From assembly GCA_964247055.1 (NCBI GenBank), contig OZ176053.1, positions 6,200,001 through 6,264,000 on the forward strand: a stretch of 64,000 nucleotides of DNA. Reading direction: 5' to 3'. The notes below the pieces were generated by a model, which was given only the letters and a program-made list of their open reading frames with translations, was not told the origin of the DNA and ran no database searches. This DNA comes from Paragordius varius (Eukaryota > Animalia > Nematomorpha). The translations under genes were made by a program, and so were the position numbers. Position 1 is the first letter of the stretch; every line of letters begins with the position of its first letter. Of this stretch, positions 34,901-48,664 are shown in pieces.

Positions 34901-36293
34901 ACATATTAATATAAATTTTATAGAGTTTTTATTACTCCTTCAAATGATATATTACAAATGGGTTTGTTGTATATTTTCAAAGAAAAACATTTTTTAGTAA
35001 AATTTTGATAAAGAGGGCGCATATTCAAAAAAATCAAATTATACAAAATTCTTAGGTGGAGTTATAATTTTTATTTCAGATTTACTGTTAAATTGATGGT
35101 AAATATAAGAAAATGCAAACAACTCGAGTGGCAGAAAAATATGTTATTTTAATGTTATGACACATTGCTAAATTTTTTAAAAAAATATAATGTAATTATT
35201 CTTATTGATTAACCATATCAATCAACGGATACATTTAGGCAATTTGTTAAACCATTTTTAAATAAAAATATTATGGTAATGTAATACTAGTCTATATCAA
35301 AACACATATCTATTTTTTACATTTATAGTCACTGATAAAAATTTAGACAAAATCCTTGCTTTGGCTTTGAAACATTCGCCGTCAAACGATCGGGGGAAAT
35401 ATGGGCTAATTAAAATGAAAACAACCCAAATAAAGTATTTTTTAATATATGAGATGTGTTCATTTGGTGGTATATATTTAAAAATTTGGGTTATGTGTCA
35501 CATATACCCTTTTATATTATGATAAAATTAGATTAGCTTAGTCGCCAAATGATAGATTTGCTTCTATATTATTTAATTTATACAGATCAGAAATTATGTC
35601 TAATCGCGGTGAATCAATTAACGAAAGTATTAACAATGGAAATAAAGAATGGCCTCAAACAAATTTGATCGTTCGAATTATAGATAAATCTTTCAAAGAT
35701 GGAAAATATTTTCGTAAAAAGGTTCATTTTATTGCAATATAATAAATTTTTGATTACCTGTTTACAAATATCAAAGCCAGTTTTATATTTTTATTACAGG
35801 TAATACTAGTGAAAAGAGTTACCTCAAATGATAATGAATCAGGACGAAAGACTTACACTTATCAGGGACTTCTACTCCCCACAGATTTTAAGGGGAGTGA
35901 CAACAGTGGTCAATTAATTAATAGACTTATTAGTCAAAAAGCCACTTTTCTCAAAGATCTCACTACAAATATGTTGGAAACGGTCGTTCCCAAATATGAT
36001 TCTGCAAGAGTTATGATACTTGATGGGAAATATAAAAACCATGTAAATAATTTATGCTTAATGATAAAAAAATTTGATTGAATTTTTATTATAACATAAA
36101 AAACTTTGACATAACTTTATTCAATAATTAATTTTAATTAATAAATATTTAAATTTAGATTGGTACCATTATTGACCGAAACAAAAATCGCCAAACGGCT
36201 AAAATTCGATTTTTTAAACATGGGAAAGAGCAGGATAAGTCTGTAGAGAAGGAAATTACATACGATTTAATTTGTGAATATATTGAACCATGA
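31905..36293 (+). CDS. GPKOW: G-patch and KOW-motif protein (GPKOW/Spp2/MOS2); exons 31905-32035, 32061-32161, 32187-32254, 32280-32410, 33327-33570, 33786-33921, 35329-35434, 35586-35721, 35800-36042, 36159-36293; 476 aa
   Basis: Ten phase-consistent exons. Motifs: KDFILSVENNKIKS and YVIPLI (N-terminus), DYNAVPIEEYGLAMLRGMGWKPG (G-patch), RPKGLGLGA, WPQTNLIVRIIDKSFKDGKYF, MLETVVPK...VMIL, and a terminal YDLICEY, all matching human GPKOW. Confidence 0.93.
33990..34830. repeat. Unclassified interspersed repeat in GPKOW intron 6; inverted copy at ~51720-52300
   Basis: 34400-34550 (…CCCTTAGATAAGTCAAAAAATTTCGCATAACTAATTTTAAAATCATATAAATT…) matches the reverse complement of 51960-52130. Confidence 0.65.
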
Positions 36294-36902
36294 ATGTAGC
36301 ATATTTAATTATATAAATTGGAAATTTAAAATTTATTGATATTTTATTTGTATGGAACAAAAAAAAGATTTATACAAACTAATTATATAAAAGAGAAGTA
36401 GTAGAAACATGACAAAATATTATATTTTTTAGTAATAAACTATTTTGTTAGATAGAATAACAAACATAAAAAAACGATAGATTATGTATTTGTTGTATAA
36501 ATTGCATTTGATTATTAAATTTATACATAAGAATGGTTTTATGGTCTGGTTGTGTTGTGAGGGGATGCGCAAAAAATTAACATGAATGCGGTGTAAATAT
36601 ATCATAATTGGAGAAACTTTTATCTATTTGGAATAAGAATTTAAATACAATTATTAAGCTATTATAAATGTAAAAAATCTCTACACCAGTAAGATTCTAA
36701 AATATTCATACCGTACTTTTTATTGCAACTCCATTTTTGTCGATTTCGACCTACCGTTTATAATTCCGAAAAATTGAAACCATCAAACAACTATAGTGTT
36801 GATATATGCTAATAAACACAAATCATAAAATATTTATGTCATATACAAAAATGATGGTTAATATATGAGTTTGAAACTAGGTGAAGATATTATTGTGTTC
36901 AA

Positions 36903-39385
36903 TTAAGCAGCAGCAAATTCGCAATTAGGGGCAATGTGTCCAAATTTATTACAGTTGTAACATTGTTTGCACGAATCAGCACTATGTCCAGTTCCGGAAC
37001 ATCTTTATAATATTAATACATAAATATAATAATCATCTCTACACTCCCACCCTAAGCTTGTTTAAAATCATATATTTTATAAAATGTAATAAAACCTTTC
37101 CAAAGGTTTGCACTTATATAACATAGTTGCAGCGAACTTTAAAAAAAGTATTTGTTAAAATAACTTTTAATATTTCTTTCATAAATAAACAGGCAATTTG
37201 ACGTGGCATGCATTAGCCAAATTTAAATGCAGATAAACCCTTCCTTCTGTCCGATAATTTGATAAAAAATGTGGTATGGTATATGGTTTTTAAAAACTGA
37301 AATCAAGGCAGAAGCGTAAATTTTACATATATCAAAATATATATTTCGTTTATCCAAAAATTTCATATATTGACTGCGAGGATGAGGTTTTTCTATATTT
37401 ATACATTTATGGTTTTAAAAAATTAGTTTAATATTTTTATATAGGGCTTCGGTCGCTTTATTCGATATATTTAAAACATTATGTATATTAGGTTTATTGG
37501 TTTTTGATAGACTCGAACTAAATTAAAAGGTTCGTTTAACAAACTTTGTACGCTAATAAAAGGGAGAAAATTGTTAATTTTACTGCATTTATAAATATTT
37601 ATACAAACATTTTCTATTTAACACCTTAAACAATGATAAATTAAATCCAATAAAAGAGGAAAAAATGCAATGGTATTATACTTTGTACAAATCATGTCAT
37701 CCACATTAGCTGTACAGTCACGAGCAAAATGTCCCCTCTCGTGACACTTGTAACATTCTACCGGGGCTCTGGGACTCGCCGCGCCCACATTGTTGGGACA
37801 ATTGCGATTAATGTGCCCAGTTTCTCCGCAACTGTAACACACGCGGTCAGCTCCCCCACCTCCACCAGGACTCATAGCGCTCTGAGGACATTCTCGACTT
37901 AAATGGCCCGGCTCATTACAGCGATAACAGACTCGTGTGTCTGGACCTCCGGATCTACCACCAGCACCACCTCGTCCTCCATATCTAGGAATGTTTACAA
38001 AAAGTTTGAGTGTTTATTGGATTAAAATTTAAAGCGTAAATTTTATTGCATTTAATGTATGAAAATCATGTTGAAATAATAGTTTGGATATAAAACCCAT
38101 TGGAAGCAGGTTTGTCCGGACAAGCTCTAGCAATGTGTCCCGTTTGGTGACAATAATAGCATTCGCGCGTGTCAAATCCATTTCCGCCTCCGGCATCATT
38201 GCCCGGGCCAGCGGAAGATGTGCAATCTCGGGCAAAATGGCCAGATTCACCACATTTAAAGCATTTATCATTGCCGCTGTTGTTGAATCGCCCTCCACCA
38301 CCACCGGCATTGTATCCACCACCGTTTTCAAAATCTTGACCACCTATGTAGAAATCAAATAAAATGGATTAGTACCTACGCATTTTTATGTGCGTTTTCG
38401 TTAAAAAAAAATTTTGATATCTGTTTGGCTTATTTATGGTATTTTTCAAGAGGCTGTAATATATTTTTATAATAGTAAACAATTTAAAAAATAGGGCTGA
38501 TATTATAAAAATTTTTTAAATATAATTCCTATAGGGATAATCAAAATAATGTTTTTTCAACAATTTACAAAATTCTAATACCATCTTCGTAATTCTTGTT
38601 GTAAGGTTGACGTCCCCGACCACCTTTTCGCTCCCACCTTGGTTCAGTACAGTTTCTACTTGTGTGATCAGTTTTCCCGCAATTACGACACTTATCCTCA
38701 ACAAAAGTTTCCTCGCAATCCCGGCTAAAATGTCCAGGTTTGTTACAATTGTAACACTAAAATAATAGATTATGCGTTATACGATTTGTTATTCGTATTA
38801 TTAAAATTTAAAAAATACTATTTTTTCTTTCGGTGCTCCGGCATCAGGACATTCTCTGGCCAAATGACCTGGCTTGTTGCAGTGATAACAGGGTCTTTGA
38901 GAACTTGGATTTCCACCACCTGCACGAGTATCTTTGCAATCACGTTGTACGTGACCAGTTTTTCCACATTTAAAGCAAGCTAAAACAAATAAAAATATTA
39001 AGAGATTTTATGCGTGCAATCAAAAAAAGATTTAAAATAATTTACTTGGAGGACTACGTTCACCGTTACCATTAGCTACATTAACTTCTGTACAATTCCT
39101 GGCTAAATGACCCATTTTGTTACATTTGTAACATTTATCTCCCTCTTTACAATCGCGTGCGAAATGACCACTTTTATTACATTTATAGCATTTATCTATA
39201 AATATTAAAAGTTTAATTCATGATCAAGAAGTAAAAAAACAAAATTAAAAAATACCTTGACTGCGATTATCAGATCCACCTTCAGGTCTCCTCCCACCCG
39301 TTCGCATTGGTGGCTTAGTATTAGTACTGGTGCAATTCCGGCTCATATGCCCAGATTTTCCACATTTAAAACAACTGCTACTCAT
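36903..39385 (-). CDS. CNBP: CNBP/GIS2-like CCHC zinc-knuckle RNA-binding protein with RGG tracts; exons 39385-39256, 39195-39046, 38979-38819, 38756-38582, 38343-38097, 37984-37682, 37002-36903; 421 aa, 14 knuckles
   Basis: It starts MSSSCFKCGKSGHMSRNC (human CNBP MSSNECFKCGRSGHWAREC). Seven exons are phase-consistent, with 14 C-x2-C-x4-H-x4-C motifs and GGRG linkers. Confidence 0.88.
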
Positions 39386-39729
39386 AATTCCTCGACTCGA
39401 TCAATGGCTTAGCAAATCACAACACACACAAAATGGCGACAAGATTAAAATGTGGTGTATGAATTGCCAATACGCATTTGAATTTCAAAAAATAAAATTT
39501 ATTATTTTGCTATTATTTAGCAAAAAATAATTAATTAAGGCTTTTCGGGGTAACAAGTGAGCCGAGATCATATCAATAATTAAAAAACAATTGAAAAAGA
39601 CGGTTTATTATTTGCTATCTTAACAAAAATTATATTAACGAGCCAAATTATCTAAAATGTAGTTTTGTAAAATCAAACTAAAGGCCATTTTATTTAAAAT
39701 TTTAATTTGATTTTAAGGCAGAAAATCTA

Positions 39730-41570
39730 TTTGCTTTATTGCTAAAATTACATTAACATTAATAAACAGAAAAAGTGATACATTTTGTATTATTTGTATA
39801 TTTAGCTTTATCCACGCATGTCATGTTGGCTAAATTTTTCTTTGGATTTTACCTCGAATAAGTAATATCAAGTTTTTTTGAAAAAAATTATATTTCGGCT
39901 CATTAACACTTCAATTAAAATTTATATAACCCAAGACTATCAAGCTGTTATTTTCAAAAAACAACGGTCCCAAATATTTATGCAATAAATATGAATTTTC
40001 AAAAATAGTTTAGTTTTAATAAAAGAAATTTATTGACTACTTCTAAGCCATTTTTATTTTACAACATTTTTTCAATACATCATGTTTATTTAATTTTAAA
40101 AAATTTTTAACACTTTAATACAACACATTTTTTTATTCCTTCGATAAATTGGGATAGTTTTTTAATTAAAGATATATTTAAGTTATGTCCGTTTCTTCAG
40201 TAGTTTTTTATAAATGTCAACTTAAATATTGTCTGGGTTAATTTTAAAAAACCCCAATTTGAATCAAAGTATTAAATAACATATAATATAAACATTTCAA
40301 ACCATTTATTTTCTTTCGATTCTAATTGGGGTAGTTGCATACCGCAGACCTGTTTATAAAATACTTTAAATAATATGGAATGAATACAAACCATGGCAAA
40401 TTGCGCTTATATACGCTTGGCACATTCATTTTAGTTTTTCGATTCAAATTGGGGTATTTGAAAACCCCAGACCTGTTTAAAATTAAATATTTTAAAAAAT
40501 ATGGAAGATATCTAAGCCATGGTAAATTTAGCACTATAACATTAATAAACCGAAATATATTTTAATCAAAAATACTTGATATTACTTATTTTAGGCTAAA
40601 ACCGAAATATATAAATTTAGTCAACGTGACATGTGTGCAATGGTAAAATTGAAAAATAATACAAAATAAACCGGTTTTTCTATTTCTATCAATGTTAGAT
40701 GCAATTTAATTAAAATTTAGCTTTAATTTTACCCTTAAAATTAAATAAATACTATATTTTGCAAAAATTTTGTGAAATAAAAATGGCGTCAAAGTAGTTT
40801 GACATGGAACTTATTTTTTCAAAACAAAATTTTATTCAAATGTTTTGGCATATTTATATGATTTTTATTGGGATCGAAGCATAAATTTAAATTGGGACCG
40901 TTTCCTTCGGTAGTTTTTTAAAAATCTTAACTCAAATTTAGTCTGGGGTATTAGATATCCCAATTTGAATCGAAGTGTTACAGAAAGATAAAAAATCATT
41001 TAAAAATTCGGTAAAACCCAAAGGTAAAAATTTAGTCAGCTATGACGTATGTGCATTAGCTAAATTTTGAATAAATACAAAATTAACCACTTTTCTGTTT
41101 CTAGCTTTGATTTTAGCTTTAGAATCAAATATACCGAAATTCTGCAAAAATGTTGTAAAGTAAAAATGGCGTTGAGGTAGTTTGATGTGGAACTTTTCTT
41201 TCAAAACTAAATATTTCATTATCGGCTTATTTTATAATTTTTATGAGGATGGCAGCATATATTTATATTAGGACAGTTTCTTTCACTAGTTTATTAAAAA
41301 TACAAGTTAAATATAGCCAGGGGTATTTCGATACCCCAATTTAAATTAAAGGGTTAATAGAAAAGTGGTTTTTTTGTATTGTTTTAAATTTAGTTAATGC
41401 ACACGTGTCATGTTGACTTAATTTTTATAGGTTGTTCCTTTAAATAAGTAATATCAAGAGTTTTTGAATTTTATTATTGACTTCATTAATATTAAGTGCA
41501 AACTTTTGCTATAGTTTCAATTTCTTCTACATTTTATAAATTAAATTTCTGGCCTGGGGTATCCAACTTC
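39730..41570. repeat. Cluster of piggyBac-type MITE fragments, including a near-full copy at ~40414-40977
   Basis: Family motifs recur (TCAACGTGACATG, AAAATGGCGTC, GGGACCGTTTCC, GGGGTATT..ATACCCC) in both orientations. The right end GAATCGAAGTG is at 40977. Confidence 0.8.
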
Positions 41571-43190
41571 CACAATAAGCAACGGGGTATTAAACGACCC
41601 ACAGTTTGACGAAGGACAGAAATAAATATGTTGTGTTAAATCGTGTGATCAAAAAAAATATTTTCAATTGTAAAAAATAAAGAGTATTTCAAACGCTAAT
41701 CACAAATCGTAACCCACGATATATAAAAAATCTCGTCTTTCTCAAAAAAATGTTTTTCACAAATCCTTATATCGTCCCTAAACCCTCTGTATTTGATGTT
41801 GGCTTTGAAGCGTCCGGAAAACGTATAAGGCCAAATTGATTTAATATTGAAAATTTTTCATTTATTAATACTCCGATAAAATCAATTCCTGTATTAAGCC
41901 ATTTTAGTTAAAAATTGTGCCATAATATTACATCATAAATTATTTCAGATACATTAAAGTATAAGCGCATTTGTATAGGGCATAAATTAATGTGACGAAT
42001 GGGGTACCCATAAGGATGGATAAGAAATTTTATTTTTTTTTATGTTCAAACTCATATATTCTTTTGCCCTATATATTATCCTCACTGCTCAGAATATTTG
42101 ATTGATTTTGATAAGTCACATTGAAACGAGGGCACAGCTAGTAGTATATTAAATTGTATAAACATTTTTAATAACTTTTTCTTTAGAATAATACAAAATA
42201 TAAAAAGATTTAAAAGATAGAATTATTTATACTGCATATATTCATTACTTGCTTCCTATTCAATCAACAATTTAATATATTTGACAATAGATAAAAAAAA
42301 CAAATGATAGCGTACTGGGCAGATCACAAAGTTTTCCTGCCTTTTAGTTATGAGGGTAGAAAGGAAAAAGAGACTACCTATATACAGAATGTTTTTACAT
42401 AAAGTAGATGGCGCAACTATTTTATTACTCTGTTAGATGTTGTTGACACTGGAGCTAATTGGAGTGGCTCAACTATGTTGCTCATTTCTAAATAACCATT
42501 TATTACTTTTATTAATTTTAAAACAATCTTTTTCCTGTTTGCTACATAGTCTCTTTTTGAGACTCAAAAACCCCAAATTATAGAGAGTAAGACAGAGATT
42601 AATTAAGTACCATAACCAAGCTTAGTAAAAAACATCCTTTATTTAATATCTATAGTTATATATTGCTAAAATTTTTCATAAATTGTCAATAAATATAAAT
42701 CACTTAAAAACAAATGATTTATTAACAGACAACAACATTTATATATATCAGTTGTATAACCGGTATCGCTTAATTGTATCGTGTGTATTGCATAATATAT
42801 ATATTCAAATTATAAAATGTTATATACAGCAGACCCATTGCATAATGACCCATTGTATAGCCTTCATAACTATCCAAAACCAATAAAAAAATTAAGTAAC
42901 CTTTTTAATTATGTTAGTACAATAATATTAAATATCTTTAAAAAGACCAATTATTAATTATAAAATGGAATTTAAAAATTATTTAAATTTTTTAAAGATA
43001 TGGCGAATATTGGGCCATGCCTTTTTCTAAATATCTGGGGTCGACTTATGCGTTGATTTTGAGGTGCAGAAATTAAAAAACTGTTTTATTAGGGAATGTT
43101 TTGTGACAGCAAGAAAATTATGGAAATTGTAAATTATATGGGAAAGAGGACTTTTGTAAAGGCACAAAAATTCTAATATTTTGCTATAAA

Positions 43191-45035
43191 TCATAAGGCG
43201 ATATCAAGTTTATAACCAAAATATAATCGTAATAAAGTAATCATGGGTGTTATAAATCGAAATCCCCAACGAGAATTCGATAATTTAGTAGTAGCTAACA
43301 AGGCATTATAGTATTCACGGGCCGTTAGACATTCTTGGGTATAATGACCCCTTTTATTACAAGTCAAACATTTTTTCTTTGGTTTTTTAATTTTGGACCC
43401 GCTCATTGCCACCTGGTTATCATCGGTATTTGCACTTTTAAATATAATCAAGGATTGCTCTTTCTCACTAACAAAATAGAACGAATAGAAATAAATCGGT
43501 ATTGCTAGATCCTAACCAGAATACTAGTTTTGGCAAGTATAATCTTGCAGTATATACTCATATTTTTAAATATAATTACATGTTGCGAAATATTTTATAT
43601 GTTATATACAAGTGTATTTAAATTTAATATTTACAGTGAAAAAATGGTTTTATTAACGTCAATAACTATATTACTAAAAATTATAAAAAAAATTCTATAT
43701 TTATAATAAAAAAATTAATTATTGTCATTTATAAACATTACATTTCTTAAAATTTAATTTAGTACTTTGTGTTAATGGAAGTTTTAGATGATTTTGACTT
43801 CGTCGAAATACTATTGCATTTGCATTCGATTTGAGATGAAGGCTTATGATTTGAAACGTATTGTCTTGCAACTTTATCATCCTCAGGATTAATGGTCGAG
43901 GGGTGACTAGTATTGACTTTTTATAATTGTATAAATAAAACGGTGAAATACGTAGAATTAAACAAAAATTAATTATCAATTAAAATAGTCGCAAATAAAT
44001 TTCTGGCGTTTTGCAAATTCATATTTTTTTATATAGATTATGTAGTTATCGATGCTAAAGATACTGTAAAATTATTTTTTTAATAATTAATGGTCATAAA
44101 TTGATTCGATTTTGAAGACCACTAATTTTATGGAATATATTGTTTTATATGAAAATAAAATTAGCATAGATAGTTAAAATGAATTGATTTTACAAATATT
44201 TTGTACTGCCTATCTGTTAAACGAAGCCGGTAAAAAGTCAACAACCTATTGACACAGATCCAAACCATATAATAAAAACAAAAAACAAACTTATATTGGA
44301 AGATTGGTCTATTGATACCGTTTTTGAAGTTTTTGCTCTTCTTCTACGTTTTCTATGTTTTGTAAGATTTTCAGAAGAATTTTGATTTATACGCATATCT
44401 CTAACGGGTTTATTTCTATATATGATTATTTTTTTTAATCTTATTAGTAATGCTACCCCATAATATTAATAAAATATAAATATTATATAGCTAAACACAA
44501 AACTAACAATAATTTATATATATATATATATATATATAAATATATTCATGATATTTGATTTCTATATATACGAGTAAAAACTATATTTATACATACTATT
44601 AGCGTTTTATCAACATTATAAATTTTTTTCGGAAACAAAAATAATTTTTTGAGTTAAAAACATGCTAAATCAAAATTTCGAAATATTGCTTAAAAAGTTA
44701 ATTTTATAATTACCTTTCTGATGATAAACTCCAAGCGGGGTTTTCGGATTTTAGTCCCTTCTCATGCAAAATATTTGCTAAATCTGCCCAAGAATTAATC
44801 GGTCGGCAAGGATTTTCTAGTTTATTTAGATTACAATCCAATGCTTTATGCCCAGGTTGTCCACAAACGACACATTGGCTTTGTAAGCTTGGATATATAG
44901 TCTCCAAACCATTCCCGTTTTTTATATTGTCTAAATATGTATGAAATGGATAATGTTTATTTAGCTACATTACACATTTTAGCATACAAAATACCTTAAT
45001 ATATGTTTCTTTATATATTACTTCGAATTTCAAAG

Positions 45036-45070
<35 letters not shown>

Positions 45071-46618
45071 TTTTTCCTAATTAATATATAGTAAATTAAA
45101 TTATACGGACATATAAAAATATAAAGATGGATATTATCAAACGAAGACTGTATTTAAAATTCAATTTTTTAACCATAAGAGAGATGTAAATTGGAAATAT
45201 AATCAAAATATTTTTTACAAAATTATGTATATGAAAAAATCAGGATTTAAAAAAGTATGGTTGTATTTTGAAAAAATATATTTGTCTTAACGTTTTTACG
45301 TCCTTTTTGTAAAATTTCATTTTCTTTAATATTAAAAATCTTTATAAAAAATCGAACATATTATTGTTTATCTCTAATATTTGGCGAACGCAATGGAGAT
45401 TTTACAAAAATTATTCTTTAAATCTTCCAAGTATTCACGATAACTATGATTATTTTTTGTATGAGTTAATCTTTATAAAATACATAGTAAAAAATAATTA
45501 GCTTACGCCATTTGTTTAATTTATTTATAAAACTTCCTGACCTTTTGACTAATTTGCTCGCGATAACATATTGGTGTATCCCAGAGCTAAACCTTCTTAA
45601 TAAACTACTGTTTTGGAAGTTATTTTTGTTAAAATATAATCATCAAATATTATTCTTCTTTATTAGATAAAAATCATACTTTTCACAGTGCTATAACTTC
45701 TAGATCTAGAGTGTAAAAGTGGACAGCTCTAAAACACGATTCAACTAAACATCTGATTTTAAATAATAAATATCAAGTTTTTTCTGGTAAAATATAACCT
45801 GAACGCTTCCTAAAATTATTTATTTACATTTTTTTGACCATAATATACATTTATTAGCCTATTGTATTAGCGATTTAAAAAAATTAAAGAACAATAATTG
45901 CGGCGAAAAAGTTTAAGATGAGAATATATATATTTAAAAAATTTTTGTATTATGCGCCTAAAAAGATAACAAAAGCATATTTTAAAATTCAGCCTGATAC
46001 CTTAAATATTTTTTAGGATATCCAATTTCCAATTTCTCTGGGATATAAAACTACGCCAAAAAGTCATGGAGTGTTAGAAGGTGCAAAATAATATTCTTTG
46101 AAGTTGGTAACAAAAAAATGAAGTTTTTTAAAGTTTTCACTGTTTTAATTATGTGTAGCCTGTTATATTAACTCGTCTAGACTTAAAATGGGTTGGTGAA
46201 ATTTAGAATTATATTATTTTTTGCCAAAAGAGCCTTTGTAAAAAAAATTAGTAAAATTTCATTCATTTAAAACTTGTTTTTAAAAGATTTAGGTATTTTA
46301 AAATATATTTTTATTTTATTACAAAAACTTAAAACATCATTTGCAAAAGCCATTTCGTGTAATTATATGTCGGTACAAATAAAAATCTCGTTTTAACGAT
46401 TAAATTATATGAAATTTTACAAAACCTAAGTTATGAATATTATTACCATGAATGCCGAAATCAACATTATTATATTGACCAGTTTTTTTGCATCCACGTG
46501 CAAGATGACCAAATTCATGACAAATATAACATTTTTTTTCTATTTTATATATTAAATAAAAACCTTTAATTTGTTTATTTTTTTGGCTACTTTCTTTTAT
46601 ATCCGTTTTCTTCGACAT
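43191..46618 (-). CDS. Unassigned three-knuckle CCHC protein; exons 46618-46564, 46539-46426, 44930-44714, 44415-44291, 43916-43766, 43467-43191; 312 aa
   Basis: Six GT-AG exons are phase-consistent. The knuckles CYICHEFGHLARGC, CVVCGQPGHKALDC and CLTCNKRGHYTQEC sit on separate exons, with a basic patch HRKRRRRAK. The first intron is 24 nt, in frame and stop-free, so retention cannot be excluded. Confidence 0.72.
45037..45066. repeat. (TA)n microsatellite; a second one lies at ~44517-44537
   Basis: Uninterrupted TA dinucleotide runs in introns of the three-knuckle gene. Confidence 0.9.
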
Positions 46619-47207
46619 ACGAATTTTAAAAATTTAAATTAAAATTATGTATGAATGACTTTATAATTTTTAAAACCTCATTATTTATTTTAATGAACAC
46701 ATAATGGTACAACAAATCTCAGAGCCCTATATAACAATATACATATTAGACGGTACTATAAAACATAACTTTAACTATAAATCATTGTTTGACAGTTTTG
46801 TATGTATTTCAACTAAATCAAGAGTGGCTAAAACGCCGCGAACCCCATGCAGCTCTCTGTGACATTGTATGAGGCCCGAAAATTTAGAAAATACCACATA
46901 ATTACGAAATGTTATAATTTGCTAAAAATGCTCACAAATTTTAGAATTAATATTTGGTAACAAATATCTAATGTTTTTTTCATTCGGCAACCTAGAAAAT
47001 AAAATTAATATTAATTATATTTGCATTTTTAAAATTTAAAAGAATATATATAGTATCAATATATTTTTTTAAAAAAAATGAGCCAAATTTTATTTGTGCT
47101 GCAGGCCCTTTAAAATAGAGTCTGAAATAATTCATACATAGCCCCCATTTATTTTTGAAAACATCAGATATTAAACTATAACTAGCATTAATTCAAATTG
47201 TATTTAA

Positions 47208-47771
47208 CACTTACAACACATTCATTTTATACTTTGATTCAAATTGGGGTTAAATACCCCAGGCCTGTTAATCAAATTCTGTAAAAAATATGGGAATTAA
47301 AACCATGGCAATATTTTGTACTTATATAACATCAATAAACCGAAATATTTAAAAAATTTTATAAATGCTTGATATAATTTATTTTAAGATAAAACCGAAA
47401 GGTAAAAATTTAGTCAACGTGACAGTTGTGTGCCATAGTAAAATTAAAAATAATACAAAATAAACCGCATTTTTTATTTCTATTAATGTTAGATGTAATA
47501 TAAATAAAAAATTAGCTTTTATTATACCCTTAAAATTAAATATAGACGATATTTTGCAAAAATTTTGCAAAATAAAAATGGCGTCGAAGTAGTTTGACAT
47601 GGAACTTTTTCTTCAAAATAAAATTTTATTTAGATATTTTGCCATATTTATATAATTTTTATTAGGATAGAAGCATATATTTAAATTGGGACCGTTTCCT
47701 TCAGTAGTTTTTAAAAATCCTAACTCAAATTTAGTCTGGAGTATTTAGATACCCCAAAATGAATCGAAGTG
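47208..47771 (+). mobile_element. piggyBac-type MITE copy
   Basis: TTAA|CACTTACAACAC ... GAATCGAAGTG|TTAA. Confidence 0.85.
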
Positions 47772-48089
47772 TTAATACTTTATTGCTTTTTTACTTTTTT
47801 ATGGGCGAATATATTATCGTTGCTTTTATCCCAAAGCCATATGAATTATTAACTGACATTTTGGGGAGGTTTTATATCTTAAAGCGATTCAATTGAATGT
47901 CTTTAAAATTATTTATATTTAGACGAAATTTATAGCCTTTTGGGAGCATATACAAAAGAATTTTTTTAAGGTTATAAATGGTAAAAATTTCCTCGAACTC
48001 TTTCGCCATCTATTTTCTTTTAATTATTATAAATCGCTTCTACAATAAGCAAATAAATTATATTATGGTTATTATATCAAAATAATTAA

Positions 48090-48480
48090 CTTTACTAAGC
48101 TTTCAGGTTGCATTTCACCAAAAACTTTATTTGTTTTGAAATCAGCTGTTTAGTTCAATCCTGTTTTAGTGCTGTCCTAATTTTAGACTATATAAGTTAA
48201 AAAATGTAAAAAATATAAGCTTTTTATCTATTACAGGAGAACTATCTTTGATATATAGGTTTAATAACTTCTACAAAAGAAGATTTCTAAAAGATTGAGC
48301 TCTGGGATATTAAACCCCCCAATATGTCATCACGTAAAAAAGTGAAAATGTCTAGTATTACTTACAACCTCTGTACACTGGGTCCACTATCGGAGGTATA
48401 TAAAATAAGCTGATGAAATATATATTTTCGGATAGGAAAATATATCAGAGTTATTATGGTGCTTTTGGTTTTGGTCCTTA
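48090..48480. repeat. Unclassified interspersed repeat; related segments at ~1-95, 1095-1160, 1710-1820, 9641-9745, 45520-45800, 58110-58300, 63690-63880
   Basis: Shared blocks ATCAGCTGTTTAGTTCAATCCTG...AAAAATATAAGCTTTTT and ACCATGATAATCCTGATATT...ATATATATTTCATC, in both orientations. Confidence 0.6.
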
Positions 48481-48664
48481 CCAGTGATTTATGAGAGTTA
48501 TTAAACTTTTGTTTTAAGTTGTGAATAAAACTTTGGTAAAAGCTAGAGGCTTTACCAAAATATCAAAATATATCATAAACTACATATGAAAAAAATTATC
48601 TTTTCAAAATTTTTTAATTTTCAGATGTGGGCACCCAAAGTCCCAATTTTTTTGCTCATCTTAA

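Noticed and set aside
38029-38983. Track ORFs 38029-38343 (-), 38084-38362 (+), 38516-38704 (-), 38786-38983 (+)
   Set aside because: Wrong-frame or antisense readings of CNBP exons; the knuckle-encoding frames differ.
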